Part shown: piece after piece, positions 55,599 through 63,558 of the stretch
Layout of the letters: every line of letters begins with the position of its first letter
How positions within the stretch are numbered: the stretch's first letter is position 1
Program-made: the position numbers and the translations under genes
From: a phage
DNA length: 64,000 nucleotides
Sequence record: QB031382.1
Strand: one strand, 5' to 3'
Notes under the pieces: model-generated
Databases searched by the model: none
What the model was told of the DNA's origin: nothing
Seen by the model: only the letters and a program-made list of their open reading frames with translations

Positions 55599-56360
55599 TT
55601 ACAGTTCCATAAAGTTTTCTACGATGTCAATAAATGTTTTATCAGAGAAAGCGTCAACCGCCCCGTTAAACCAAACTGGGATGCCGCGATCCTCATACTG
55701 GTAAATGTCACTACGTGAAATGCCATTCTCCCCTAAATGCTGTGAGTCGTATTTGTTAACGATTAGTAGTTTAGTCCCCTTATTACAGGCAGGAAACAGC
55801 TCCCAGTTAAAATTGATAACTGTATTGGAGCACCCTACAAGAATAACCATATCATTGCTAGTCAGAGAAGTCAACAAGTCATACATGTCTGTATACTTTG
55901 GGGCTACTTCTCCGAAGAATACTACATTAGGCTTAACCCAAATATACTTGCTTGTATCTACCTCAGAGTATCCAATGTCTTTAATGACGTCATTCCCTTC
56001 ATCATCCTCATAAACTATTTCTGGCAAATACCCGTGGACATGTAAAATATCTTCATGTTTTACACCAGCACGCTCCAGCAAATCATCTACATTGGTGGTC
56101 AGGTTGATCACACGACCAGACCAGCGGGAATACCACTCAGCTATCCGGAGATGTGCAAGGTTAGGATCAACACTGCCCAGAGCTACACGCCGTGCATTAT
56201 AAAAGTCATGCACCTTATAGTAGTTCTTGGCAAAGGTGTGGATGTTACACACCTCATCGATGCTGAAATTCTCCCACATTGCAGTGCCACCAGATCGGAA
56301 AGTTGGGATACCAGATTCAGCGCTCAAACCAGCACCAGAGATAATGATCAGTCGTCGCAT
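55599..56360 (-). CDS. Sir2-family NAD-dependent deacylase / ADP-ribosyltransferase
   Basis: GAGLSAESGIPTFR, TTNVDDL, HVHG, VVFFGE, VGCS sirtuin motifs; no zinc-finger cysteines seen. Confidence 0.7.
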   Translation of the reverse strand: MRRLIIISGAGLSAESGIPTFRSGGTAMWENFSIDEVCNIHTFAKNYYKVHDFYNARRVALGSVDPNLAHLRIAEWYSRWSGRVINLTTNVDDLLERAGVKHEDILHVHGYLPEIVYEDDEGNDVIKDIGYSEVDTSKYIWVKPNVVFFGEVAPKYTDMYDLLTSLTSNDMVILVGCSNTVINFNWELFPACNKGTKLLIVNKYDSQHLGENGISRSDIYQYEDRGIPVWFNGAVDAFSDKTFIDIVENFMEL

Positions 56361-56368
56361 AAGTGTCC

Positions 56369-56719
56369 TCAGTAGATGTTTTGTTTAATCTCTATTCCAA
56401 ACTTTTTAAACGAGTCAGCAGCAAGCATGAATTTACGAGCCGCTGATGGGTTAGAAGTATGCACGAAAATCTTCACGTTGTCAACTACAGGAGGCTTACC
56501 AAATACAAATTTTTCTTCCAGCATAGATAGGCAATCGTACCCTTCAAATACCTCTCCAAGGTCGTTGTCCATGTGCCACTCAGAAACGCGCCTATAGAGC
56601 TTTCCCTTATCGTTAATAAAATCCATAAACTCAGAGGAATTCTTTAGCCAAAGAGCATCTGGGAGCCCATAATTTGACGGATCTCTCAAGTCATCCAGCC
56701 ACACAATCAACTTCTTCAT
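56369..56719 (-). CDS. hypothetical protein, coupled to RNA ligase gene
   Basis: Track ORF; 4-nt overlap with RNA ligase gene. Confidence 0.5.
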   Translation of the reverse strand: MKKLIVWLDDLRDPSNYGLPDALWLKNSSEFMDFINDKGKLYRRVSEWHMDNDLGEVFEGYDCLSMLEEKFVFGKPPVVDNVKIFVHTSNPSAARKFMLAADSFKKFGIEIKQNIY

Positions 56720-57651
56720 TGCATATAGTCCTCGTTGTGGAAATAGCAGTCAAGTATCTCACGGCGTTCCTGCTCCAAGAGGCAATTCCACACATCTTCT
56801 GTGTAGTTTCTACGAATGAAGTTTACCATGCCGTAAAACTCTTCGTCAACACGTTTAAAGATATCATTATCCCAAATCTTCCAAGCTTTACCCCTCATTA
56901 CGGCCTTCCGTGCCAAATAGTATGGAGACTTGATCTTCAGCTGCAGATCATAAGGATAGTAAGGCTTACGAATCATATACCCTTCACCTCTTGTTTCTGC
57001 AGCTAATTCTTTTGCATAGCTGAACGGAATTTCACGCACAGTGTGAGGACGTTTTGCACCAAGGTATTTGGCAATCCCATCTAAAGCTGCTTCTGGTAGC
57101 ATTATTCCAGAATCATTATATCTGCAACCTATCAAATATGCGCCATGATCTTCCTGAACAATATGCGGATCTGAAGGGTGACAAATTTCAAACATGAATG
57201 TCATGTTTTCATGGCCCATAACCTTCTTGATAAGATCTAAATTACCACATTGCTCCTGGATTGTTTCCTTTGCAAGGTTACAATATGGAGAATCAAGAGA
57301 CCCGGTTGTTGAGAACAACAGTTCACCTTTGTGAGATGATACCACACCAAGGAATCCGTTCTTTTTCTCTACCGCCGTCACAAGTTTATTGTCAGGCAGG
57401 TTTGTGGAATTTTCTCCCAAGTTAAACACTTTTGTGAAGGGCCATGCCACAACATTTCCTTCATTACCAACAACAATTCCTCGGCACTCTGGTAAACGCG
57501 GAGACAAATGCCATAAATTGTTGTAGAATACTTTTCTGGCATATTTGTAGATCTTTAATCCAAGATCTGGGTAATACCGACTGGTTACAAGACCTTTATC
57601 CACTAAATCATCTGCATTAAAATACTTCATCATACATTCCTCGTTTGTCAT
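56716..57651 (-). CDS. RNA ligase-like nucleotidyltransferase
   Basis: EKKNGF (KxNG variant of lysine motif I), FMFEI (III), GEGYMIRK (IV), LKIKS (V). Confidence 0.55.
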   Translation of the reverse strand: MTNEECMMKYFNADDLVDKGLVTSRYYPDLGLKIYKYARKVFYNNLWHLSPRLPECRGIVVGNEGNVVAWPFTKVFNLGENSTNLPDNKLVTAVEKKNGFLGVVSSHKGELLFSTTGSLDSPYCNLAKETIQEQCGNLDLIKKVMGHENMTFMFEICHPSDPHIVQEDHGAYLIGCRYNDSGIMLPEAALDGIAKYLGAKRPHTVREIPFSYAKELAAETRGEGYMIRKPYYPYDLQLKIKSPYYLARKAVMRGKAWKIWDNDIFKRVDEEFYGMVNFIRRNYTEDVWNCLLEQERREILDCYFHNEDYMQ

Positions 57652-57665
57652 TTTGTCACTCTATC

Positions 57666-57691
57666 TTGACACACAAATAAACTCGTGTCAA
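57666..57691. promoter_or_regulatory. inverted repeat in divergent promoter region
   Basis: TTGACAC 57666-57672 and GTGTCAA 57685-57691, perfect 7-bp arms. Confidence 0.6.
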
Positions 57692-57694
57692 CAC

Positions 57695-57723
57695 TTGAAA
57701 TGAACAAAAGAGTTATGTATACT
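57695..57723 (+). promoter_or_regulatory. sigma70-like promoter for kinase operon
   Basis: TTGAAA 57695-57700, 17-bp spacer, TATACT 57718-57723. Confidence 0.55.
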
Positions 57724-57751
57724 ACCATTAAAATTAAAACGGAGGATTACT

Positions 57752-58162
57752 ATGTCTAAAATGCTATATATCGTGCGTGGTCTACCAGGTTCTGGCAAAT
57801 CAACACTGGCAAATGCACTATCTTTAGAGGGGCTGTACCCACATTTTGAGAACGACATGTTCTGGTACGACGACGATGGAAATTACAACTGGGATGCAAG
57901 TAAAGTAACACTTGCAGCAAAATGGTGCAAAGATAACGTAGAAGATATGATACGTATGGGATACGACCGTGTCGTGGTAAGTAATACGTTTACAAAAGAA
58001 AAACATGTGCAAGAATATGTTGACATGGCAATCAGTCATGGGTATAGTTATACTGTGATCGTGGTTGAAAACCGCCACGGTAATAAGAGCATTCATGATG
58101 TTCCAAATAGGGTTGTGGACCGTATGGAGCGTGAGCTTAAAAACTGCATTAAACTAAAATGA
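57752..58162 (+). CDS. P-loop kinase, polynucleotide kinase-like
   Basis: GLPGSGKST Walker A, VVVSNTF; size and layout like the T4 Pnk kinase domain; RBS GGAGG. Confidence 0.5.
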   Translation: MSKMLYIVRGLPGSGKSTLANALSLEGLYPHFENDMFWYDDDGNYNWDASKVTLAAKWCKDNVEDMIRMGYDRVVVSNTFTKEKHVQEYVDMAISHGYSYTVIVVENRHGNKSIHDVPNRVVDRMERELKNCIKLK

Positions 58163-58169
58163 GGGATGT

Positions 58170-58724
58170 ATGAAATATTTTGTAACAAGCGATACACACT
58201 TTCTCCACCAGCGAGTCATGGAGTTTGATTCATGTCAAAAACACAGATCTCAGTATGATCGCAATCTTGACAGTATGAATGCAGGAATCATCGCCGAGTG
58301 GAACTCTGTTGTGTCACCGGAAGACACTGTGTTTCACTTGGGCGATATTGCATGCACTAAGGATAAGAATATCAACAAATTTCTCCCAGATGTTCTAAAT
58401 ATGTTGAACGGACATATTATTCTTGTTCGTGGTAACCATGACACAAGGACGACTGTCAGAATTATGAAAGAGTTCGGTCATGAGGTTGTAGATTATTACG
58501 AGCTTCGCCACAACAAGAATTTGATCTGTATGAGCCATTACCAGTTTGCAAAGTGGAACAGAAAGCCTCACGGATCAGTCCAACTGTTCGGTCATGCTCA
58601 CGGAACCACACAGCAGTTGTTTGGCAGGCAGTTTGATGTCGGTTGGGATGTGTGGGGGAGACTCTTACCATTAGAAGAGGCATACCGTATTGCAATGAGT
58701 CTTGCTATTGACAGCGGGGAGTAA
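58170..58724 (+). CDS. calcineurin-like metallophosphoesterase
   Basis: TSDTH, GDIA, VRGNHD, GHAHG metal-binding motifs. Confidence 0.65.
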   Translation: MKYFVTSDTHFLHQRVMEFDSCQKHRSQYDRNLDSMNAGIIAEWNSVVSPEDTVFHLGDIACTKDKNINKFLPDVLNMLNGHIILVRGNHDTRTTVRIMKEFGHEVVDYYELRHNKNLICMSHYQFAKWNRKPHGSVQLFGHAHGTTQQLFGRQFDVGWDVWGRLLPLEEAYRIAMSLAIDSGE

Positions 58725-58771
58725 TCCCTGCTATTTTAAAGAAAATTGCCACACAAGGAGAATCAGGAGAT

Positions 58772-59122
58772 ATGAAAGATGGGGATAAGCTACTATATCT
58801 TAAAGTCCCCCTTGAAATACTGTCTATGTCAAAAGTTTTGAATGACACAACCGGGGAGGTTGTTGTTCTTGACTTATATGACAAGATCGTATACTGCTAC
58901 CTGCACAACTGGTATAAGCTTGGAGGAAATTCACGCTTCACACCCAGCACAAGGAAAATTGCAGCAGATGTTGGGATAAAGAAAACAAAAGCAGCAGCGT
59001 GCGTTAAAACTTTAGAATGTGCAGGAGTGGTTGAAATATCCACACAAGGGAGAGGTAAAAGATGTACATTTTCCAAAGTTTTGCCGCCAGAGGAAGTTAT
59101 TCGAATGGCAACAACTGGTTAG
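58772..59122 (+). CDS. putative winged-helix DNA-binding protein
   Basis: Track ORF; STRKIAADVGIKKTKAAACVKTLECAGVVE looks like an HTH; directly upstream of palindromic operator array. Confidence 0.4.
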   Translation: MKDGDKLLYLKVPLEILSMSKVLNDTTGEVVVLDLYDKIVYCYLHNWYKLGGNSRFTPSTRKIAADVGIKKTKAAACVKTLECAGVVEISTQGRGKRCTFSKVLPPEEVIRMATTG

Positions 59123-59197
59123 ACCAGTAAAAACTTAAATATCTGTACTATAAAGGTTCGTATGTTTTATGTTCACTTTGGAGCTAAGATTATTAAC

Positions 59198-59257
59198 TGT
59201 CCGCCACGCGGACACATCTGCCCGTAATACGGACACTAACTGTCCGCAATACGGACA
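59198..59257. promoter_or_regulatory. array of palindromic operator-like sites
   Basis: TGTCCGC-CAC-GCGGACA 59198-59214, TGTCCG-CAATA-CGGACA 59241-59257, partial site between, centres about 21 bp apart. Confidence 0.65.
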
Positions 59258-59762
59258 CATAAAGAATATAACTAAAATAACTAAATAATAAAAATAAAAG
59301 ATCTAGTACTTATGGTACTAAAGTACATATACTTAACTTATGTAGAATATACTAGATCCTAAGTACCATGTTTTAAATTTATTACTTATTATGGGTAGTG
59401 TCGGCCCCTCATTGGCACTCGCCTACGAGGGGGCGAGATGCCGGGCCTCCATAGTGCACACAATAACAGGAGTGCATACATGCAGGACTGTTAACATGTG
59501 TGGGAGCGAAGCGATAGCGCAGGCCAAAGGCCGAGCACTAATGTGGACCACCGACGAAAGCTTGCCAGCGCCGTAAGGAGTCGGTTGAGAGACTCCCGCG
59601 CGAGTTTGGTTAAAGTTTATGTGTGGAAACGGACAAGAAGGCTCCTAAATCTCACCACAGCTGTGTAAACTCTACCAAGTAAGGCAATCGCACCAGTTTG
59701 ATAGAAAAGCTCGTTACAAAGCGATACAGTGAGTTTTTCTATAACTTGAAGAGGAGGCAGCT

Positions 59763-60341
59763 ATGAGTTCACGCAAAGATGACCGCGAAAAGATTGCAAA
59801 ACGTTATCAGAATGAAGAACAGATGGAGAAAACTTTCAAGTGGAAGCCAGGTTTCCAGCGTAATCATTCTAACGCTAGTGATCGTAAGCATCCGGATAAG
59901 TGGCTAACACCGCCAAATGATGGCATGCAGGTTGGTGATGAGAAGGAGCTATCGCCTGGAAAAGATGGCAACTACATTCGCACTAAGGACGCTGGTCCAA
60001 AGGATGACAGCTATCTTGTAGATAAAGTTCTTGATGGTATTGATGTAGATGTTGACACTACACGGAACTTTTTTCTTGGGTGGTATCGCACAGGTTTTTT
60101 CGACATCAAGGCCATTCGTCGTGTTTGTGATATTAAAAAGTCTGCATATGATGACGACTCGTTACATCGCACCCTGAGACAATATTCAGAAAGATATGGT
60201 CATCCGGTTATCACTCTTGACGATGTTAACGAAGTGATGTATCATGCAGAGGTTGTTGCAGGAAGATTTGGTGATGCATATCTGGATATCCTTTCTGCAA
60301 AGGATGAGGTAATGTTAAATAAGATTTACTATGAACGCTGA
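59763..60341 (+). CDS. hypothetical protein
   Basis: Track ORF; RBS GAGGAGG. Confidence 0.6.
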   Translation: MSSRKDDREKIAKRYQNEEQMEKTFKWKPGFQRNHSNASDRKHPDKWLTPPNDGMQVGDEKELSPGKDGNYIRTKDAGPKDDSYLVDKVLDGIDVDVDTTRNFFLGWYRTGFFDIKAIRRVCDIKKSAYDDDSLHRTLRQYSERYGHPVITLDDVNEVMYHAEVVAGRFGDAYLDILSAKDEVMLNKIYYER

Positions 60342-60353
60342 GAGGGGAGATTA

Positions 60354-60542
60354 ATGAATAATCCAGTAGCAAAGAACTGCAATAAGTTCAACAAGTCTGC
60401 AATTCACACTGACAGGAAAAAGAGCTGGTCGCCAGACATTGATGAGGAGCTTGAGAATTACTTTGAAGATCTGGTTACCAATGCAGGTGAGGTTGCGATT
60501 AAAGAATACACAGACAGGAGGTATAAGGCCGGAATCTGTTGA
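60354..60542 (+). CDS. hypothetical protein
   Basis: Track ORF; RBS GGGGAG. Confidence 0.45.
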   Translation: MNNPVAKNCNKFNKSAIHTDRKKSWSPDIDEELENYFEDLVTNAGEVAIKEYTDRRYKAGIC

Positions 60543-60618
60543 CAAAAATAATGTTACCTGATAAGATCTGCAATATGATGTGATACAATTTTAACTTACG
60601 AGGTCTACAGGTAATGCT

Positions 60619-60861
60619 ATGTTTAAGGTTAAGCTCGTTTTCCGTTCCATGAATGAGGATTATTTAGAAGATGAAGGTGAATTTCGTGCACTAGATGATG
60701 CAATAGATTTTGCCAACGACTTAGCTTGTATGAATACGGGTTATGGTTTATGTTGTTGGGATGGTGGTGTTCAGATTGGTGATAGCAAGATCTTCTACTT
60801 CTACCCTGAGCCCGATAACAAACAAATTAAGTATGTTTTATTTATTTGTGCTTTACAATGA
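60619..60861 (+). CDS. hypothetical protein
   Basis: Track ORF. Confidence 0.45.
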   Translation: MFKVKLVFRSMNEDYLEDEGEFRALDDAIDFANDLACMNTGYGLCCWDGGVQIGDSKIFYFYPEPDNKQIKYVLFICALQ

Positions 60862-61149
60862 GGTTGTTTTCGTGTATCATGATGAATATCCAATTTAAAG
60901 ATGAGTTTGATGGCTTTATCTCCGGATGCTTTGAAACAGGGTTCGGAGAAGTCTGAGTTCCCCTTAGAGGGCTTGATAGTGCACCACACTTAAAATGGTA
61001 GGGGCAGCCAGCACATGACGATGTGACCCCAGCCAACCTGTAATAAGGTCGAGCCAAAGCGCGGTAATGGGTCTCTGGTAACCCACTTGTTGGGTCTTGC
61101 TGGTCCAGGACGCTGGGCAAGTCGCAGGGAATACCACCCTGCGGCGAAC

Positions 61150-61178
61150 TTGACAATCAGTATTTGCCGTGATAAAAT
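61150..61178 (+). promoter_or_regulatory. sigma70-like promoter with downstream palindrome
   Basis: TTGACA 61150-61155, 17-bp spacer, TAAAAT 61173-61178; TATCACGTGATA at 61184-61195. Confidence 0.6.
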
Positions 61179-61206
61179 CCACCTATCACGTGATAATGGA
61201 GGAAAC

Positions 61207-61545
61207 ATGGCGGATACAACTAAAAAGCGTCGCCGTAGAGGCAGACCTCTGAAAGAGGAGTCCAACGCCATTCAGCTAGAGAAGAACATTCTTGATATGA
61301 AGGAATCTTTTATAGCAATGGTTCCAGAAGCTCACAAAGTTTTAAGAGAGCTGATGTTGGATCCGAAAACCAAGCAAAATATTCGTCAAAGCATTGCAGA
61401 GTATGTTCTTGATAAGGCAGACCGAATGCAGGAAGAATATGATGAGATGTTTGGTGAAGAGGAAGAGGTGGTAGTAGAAGAGGCTGAAAAACCAGCACCT
61501 TTTATGCCGTTTACCACAGAAATACAGCCTGTTGGCAATAGTTAA
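61207..61545 (+). CDS. hypothetical DNA-binding protein (RGRP AT-hook-like), possible small terminase subunit
   Basis: Track ORF 61087..61545 trimmed to ATG 61207 after GGAGG; N-terminal KKRRRRGRPLKEE. Confidence 0.35.
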   Translation: MADTTKKRRRRGRPLKEESNAIQLEKNILDMKESFIAMVPEAHKVLRELMLDPKTKQNIRQSIAEYVLDKADRMQEEYDEMFGEEEEVVVEEAEKPAPFMPFTTEIQPVGNS

Positions 61546-61641
61546 AATATTTTCTTGACAAACTTTGCTTAACAGTGTAATATTGTAAACATGGTCTCCC
61601 ACCTTTTCTGGCGGCTCAGGTGTAAAAGAAAGCCACCCAGT

Positions 61642-61716
61642 GCCCTGTTAGCTTAGTGGATAAAGCAGCGGCCTTCTAAGCCGTTGACACTGGTTCGAGT
61701 CCAGTACGGGGTGCCA
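61642..61716 (+). tRNA. tRNA-Arg(UCU): tRNA-Arg (anticodon UCU)
   Basis: Hand-folded cloverleaf: acceptor GCCCTGT/ACGGGGT, loop CTTCTAA, T-loop TTCGAGT, encoded CCA. Confidence 0.8.
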
Positions 61717-61720
61717 AATT

Positions 61721-61807
61721 GGGGAGTTATCCCGTAGAGGTAGCGGTGTAGACTGTAAATCTATTGTCATTGCGACTCGGGTGGTTCGACTCCACCACTC
61801 CCCACCA
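61721..61807 (+). tRNA. tRNA-Tyr(GUA): tRNA-Tyr (anticodon GUA), long variable arm
   Basis: Acceptor GGGGAGT/ACTCCCC, loop CTGTAAA, T-loop TTCGACT, encoded CCA. Confidence 0.75.
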
Positions 61808-61921
61808 AATTTATATTTTTAAATGCATAAATCATACAGATAATGACATTGATATTTATCGTCGTTTATACTAGTCACTAACTGCTCGAAAATCAGTGTC
61901 ATTATCAGTGTAATTTATAAA

Positions 61922-62012
61922 GGAGGGTAGGGAGCAATGGTGCTCAAGCGGTCTTGAAAACCGTCCCGTTGAGGATGACTCGATGATGGTTCGATTCCAT
62001 TACTCTCCGCCA
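61922..62012 (+). tRNA. tRNA-Ser(UGA): tRNA-Ser (anticodon UGA), long variable arm
   Basis: Acceptor GGAGGGT/ACTCTCC with one GU, loop CTTGAAA, T-loop TTCGATT, encoded CCA. Confidence 0.75.
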
Positions 62013-62110
62013 CATTGTTGACCTTGTAATTAAGCGAAAGCCGGAAGCAGAACCGGATTATCAAATGTTACAGTCGTCATCGCCGACTAGCCACATGGTC
62101 AACATATTGC

Positions 62111-62207
62111 GCTAGGTAAGCCCTTTGGCAAGGGCGAGGATTTTTAATCCTGAAAATAGACGCGGTAGTCGTTGAATACATAGGTGGTTCGATTCCATCA
62201 CCTAGCA
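62111..62207 (+). tRNA. atypical tRNA-like gene, identity unresolved
   Basis: Perfect acceptor GCTAGGT/ACCTAGC, D-arm and T-arm (TTCGATT), but the anticodon region is a 6-bp hairpin AGGATT/AATCCT with UUU loop and about 30 extra nt; 97 nt. Confidence 0.4.
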
Positions 62208-62214
62208 CCTTTTT

Positions 62215-62290
62215 GCTGATGTAGCACAATCGGTAGTGCAATTGATTTGTAATCAATAGGTTGCAGGTTCAAGTCCTGCCATCAGCACCA
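62215..62290 (+). tRNA. tRNA-Thr(UGU): tRNA-Thr (anticodon UGU)
   Basis: Acceptor GCTGATG/CATCAGC, stem ATTGA/TCAAT, loop TTTGTAA, T-loop TTCAAGT, encoded CCA. Confidence 0.8.
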
Positions 62291-62291
62291 T

Positions 62292-62366
62292 GGCCCTGTA
62301 GCTGGAAGGTTCAAGCAAGCGACTCATAATCGCCAGACGGTGGTTCAATTCCACCCAGGGCCACCA
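62292..62366 (+). tRNA. tRNA-Met(CAU): tRNA-Met or tRNA-Ile2 (anticodon CAU)
   Basis: Acceptor GGCCCTG/CAGGGCC, loop CTCATAA, T-loop TTCAATT, encoded CCA. Confidence 0.75.
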
Positions 62367-62377
62367 AATTATAAATA

Positions 62378-62454
62378 CTCCGCGTAGCTCAGCTTGGTAG
62401 AGCGCCTGATTTGGGATCAGGAGGTCGAGTGTTCGAATCACTCCGTGGAGACCA
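62378..62454 (+). tRNA. tRNA-Pro(UGG): tRNA-Pro (anticodon UGG)
   Basis: Acceptor CTCCGCG/CGTGGAG, D-arm GCTCAGCTTGGTAGAGC, loop TTTGGGA, T-loop TTCGAAT, encoded CCA. Confidence 0.75.
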
Positions 62455-62500
62455 CCTTTAGTTATACTTTAAACATATATACACAAAAGGAACCTTTAAA

Positions 62501-62770
62501 ATGTATACACTTAAAATTGTAGAGCGTGTAAATCCAACCCATACTGTAGATTTTCGTGACGATTTCAATCCTCTGGCTGTAAATCTTCGAGAGTCATATC
62601 ATGAACTCAGCTGCGATGCAGTGGTGGTCTTTTTTGAAGACAACTCTGAAGGGGCGGTAGCTTGTGTTGTTGATAGTGAGCAGAAGTTTTATATTTACAG
62701 AGATGTAGATGCATACTTGATGAATGAAAATGCAGTTACTGTTAGAATCATCCACCGAGTGCCTCGATAA
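62501..62770 (+). CDS. hypothetical protein
   Basis: Track ORF; followed by strong terminator. Confidence 0.5.
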   Translation: MYTLKIVERVNPTHTVDFRDDFNPLAVNLRESYHELSCDAVVVFFEDNSEGAVACVVDSEQKFYIYRDVDAYLMNENAVTVRIIHRVPR

Positions 62771-62826
62771 GTATTAGTCTCCTTTTAGTTAGTTTCGATC
62801 TATTTAGGTTACTCAATTTTAACCCG

Positions 62827-62860
62827 CCCCGTTAGCTGTATAGCTGCGGGGTTTTTTCGT
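62827..62860 (+). terminator. rho-independent terminator
   Basis: CCCCG..AGCTG-TA-TAGCT..CGGGG extended hairpin followed by TTTTTTCGTTTC. Confidence 0.8.
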
Positions 62861-62875
62861 TTCTGGAGCCTTAAA

Positions 62876-63274
62876 ATGATTTCAGTTTTAACATGGCTGA
62901 GTAGGTATAGAGGGATCATAAAAGGTTTAGTTTTTGCAGCTGCTCTAGGCACAGCATACCTGGGGGCCGTGTATTGGTTTAACTCTAAGCTTAACGCTGC
63001 TTATCAGGAAGGTGTAACAGCAACAGAGTTGAAGTGGGAGCAGATCCTTGACCAGCAACAAAAGCGAGCCGACAGGATTAAAATGGGACATGCCGAGGAG
63101 GTGAAAAACCTTGAAAAATCCCTTTCTGACTTACAGGATAAGCTGGAGGCAGCTAAGATGGCAGGTAAAGAAAAGCAGATTATCTACCTTCAGTCGCCTG
63201 AGGGTAAGAAGTCAACACTACCTGACCAGCTTATAGATATTTATAACGAGAGCATTAATCAGGAGGGTAGATGA
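62876..63274 (+). CDS. i-spanin candidate
   Basis: N-terminal TM helix LVFAAALGTAYLGAVYWF then coiled-coil; 4-nt overlap with downstream lipoprotein gene. Confidence 0.55.
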   Translation: MISVLTWLSRYRGIIKGLVFAAALGTAYLGAVYWFNSKLNAAYQEGVTATELKWEQILDQQQKRADRIKMGHAEEVKNLEKSLSDLQDKLEAAKMAGKEKQIIYLQSPEGKKSTLPDQLIDIYNESINQEGR

Positions 63275-63558
63275 GAGCCGCCGTATTGTTAGTTACTTGC
63301 TTGCTGCTGTGCGGATGTGCGACAAGTGTCGAAAAAGAATATAAGATTGATCCTCCGGATGTGGGAAGATTGATTGTTAAACCGCCCGAAGGTGCTATGA
63401 AGCCTCCTGCTAAAGCTATACCTTTAAAGAAAGGTGCGCCTGATGCTGTGAATTCTGGCATTATGAGGGATAATAACCTGTCTTGCAGTAATGATAGGGC
63501 TAAATTGATCATTTTGCAAGACTATATTAGAACACTGTTTCCAAAGGAGAGAGGTTAA
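63271..63558 (+). CDS. o-spanin candidate
   Basis: Signal peptide with lipobox LLCGCA, Pro-rich mature region. Confidence 0.55.
   Translation: MRAAVLLVTCLLLCGCATSVEKEYKIDPPDVGRLIVKPPEGAMKPPAKAIPLKKGAPDAVNSGIMRDNNLSCSNDRAKLIILQDYIRTLFPKERG

Noticed and set aside
20791-57006. + strand track ORFs inside the minus-strand block (for example 20791..21129, 25520..25822, 34866..35300, 42597..43016, 45873..46235, 50804..51106, 51154..51552, 52888..53508, 54019..54531, 55705..56013, 56674..57006)
   Set aside because: Each lies antisense within a motif-supported minus-strand gene such as ligase, RNR, Sir2 or methyltransferase.
61642-62454. tRNA cluster as a prophage attachment site or integration junction
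   Set aside because: No integrase or excisionase nearby and phage genes continue on both sides; the tRNAs look like phage-encoded supplements.
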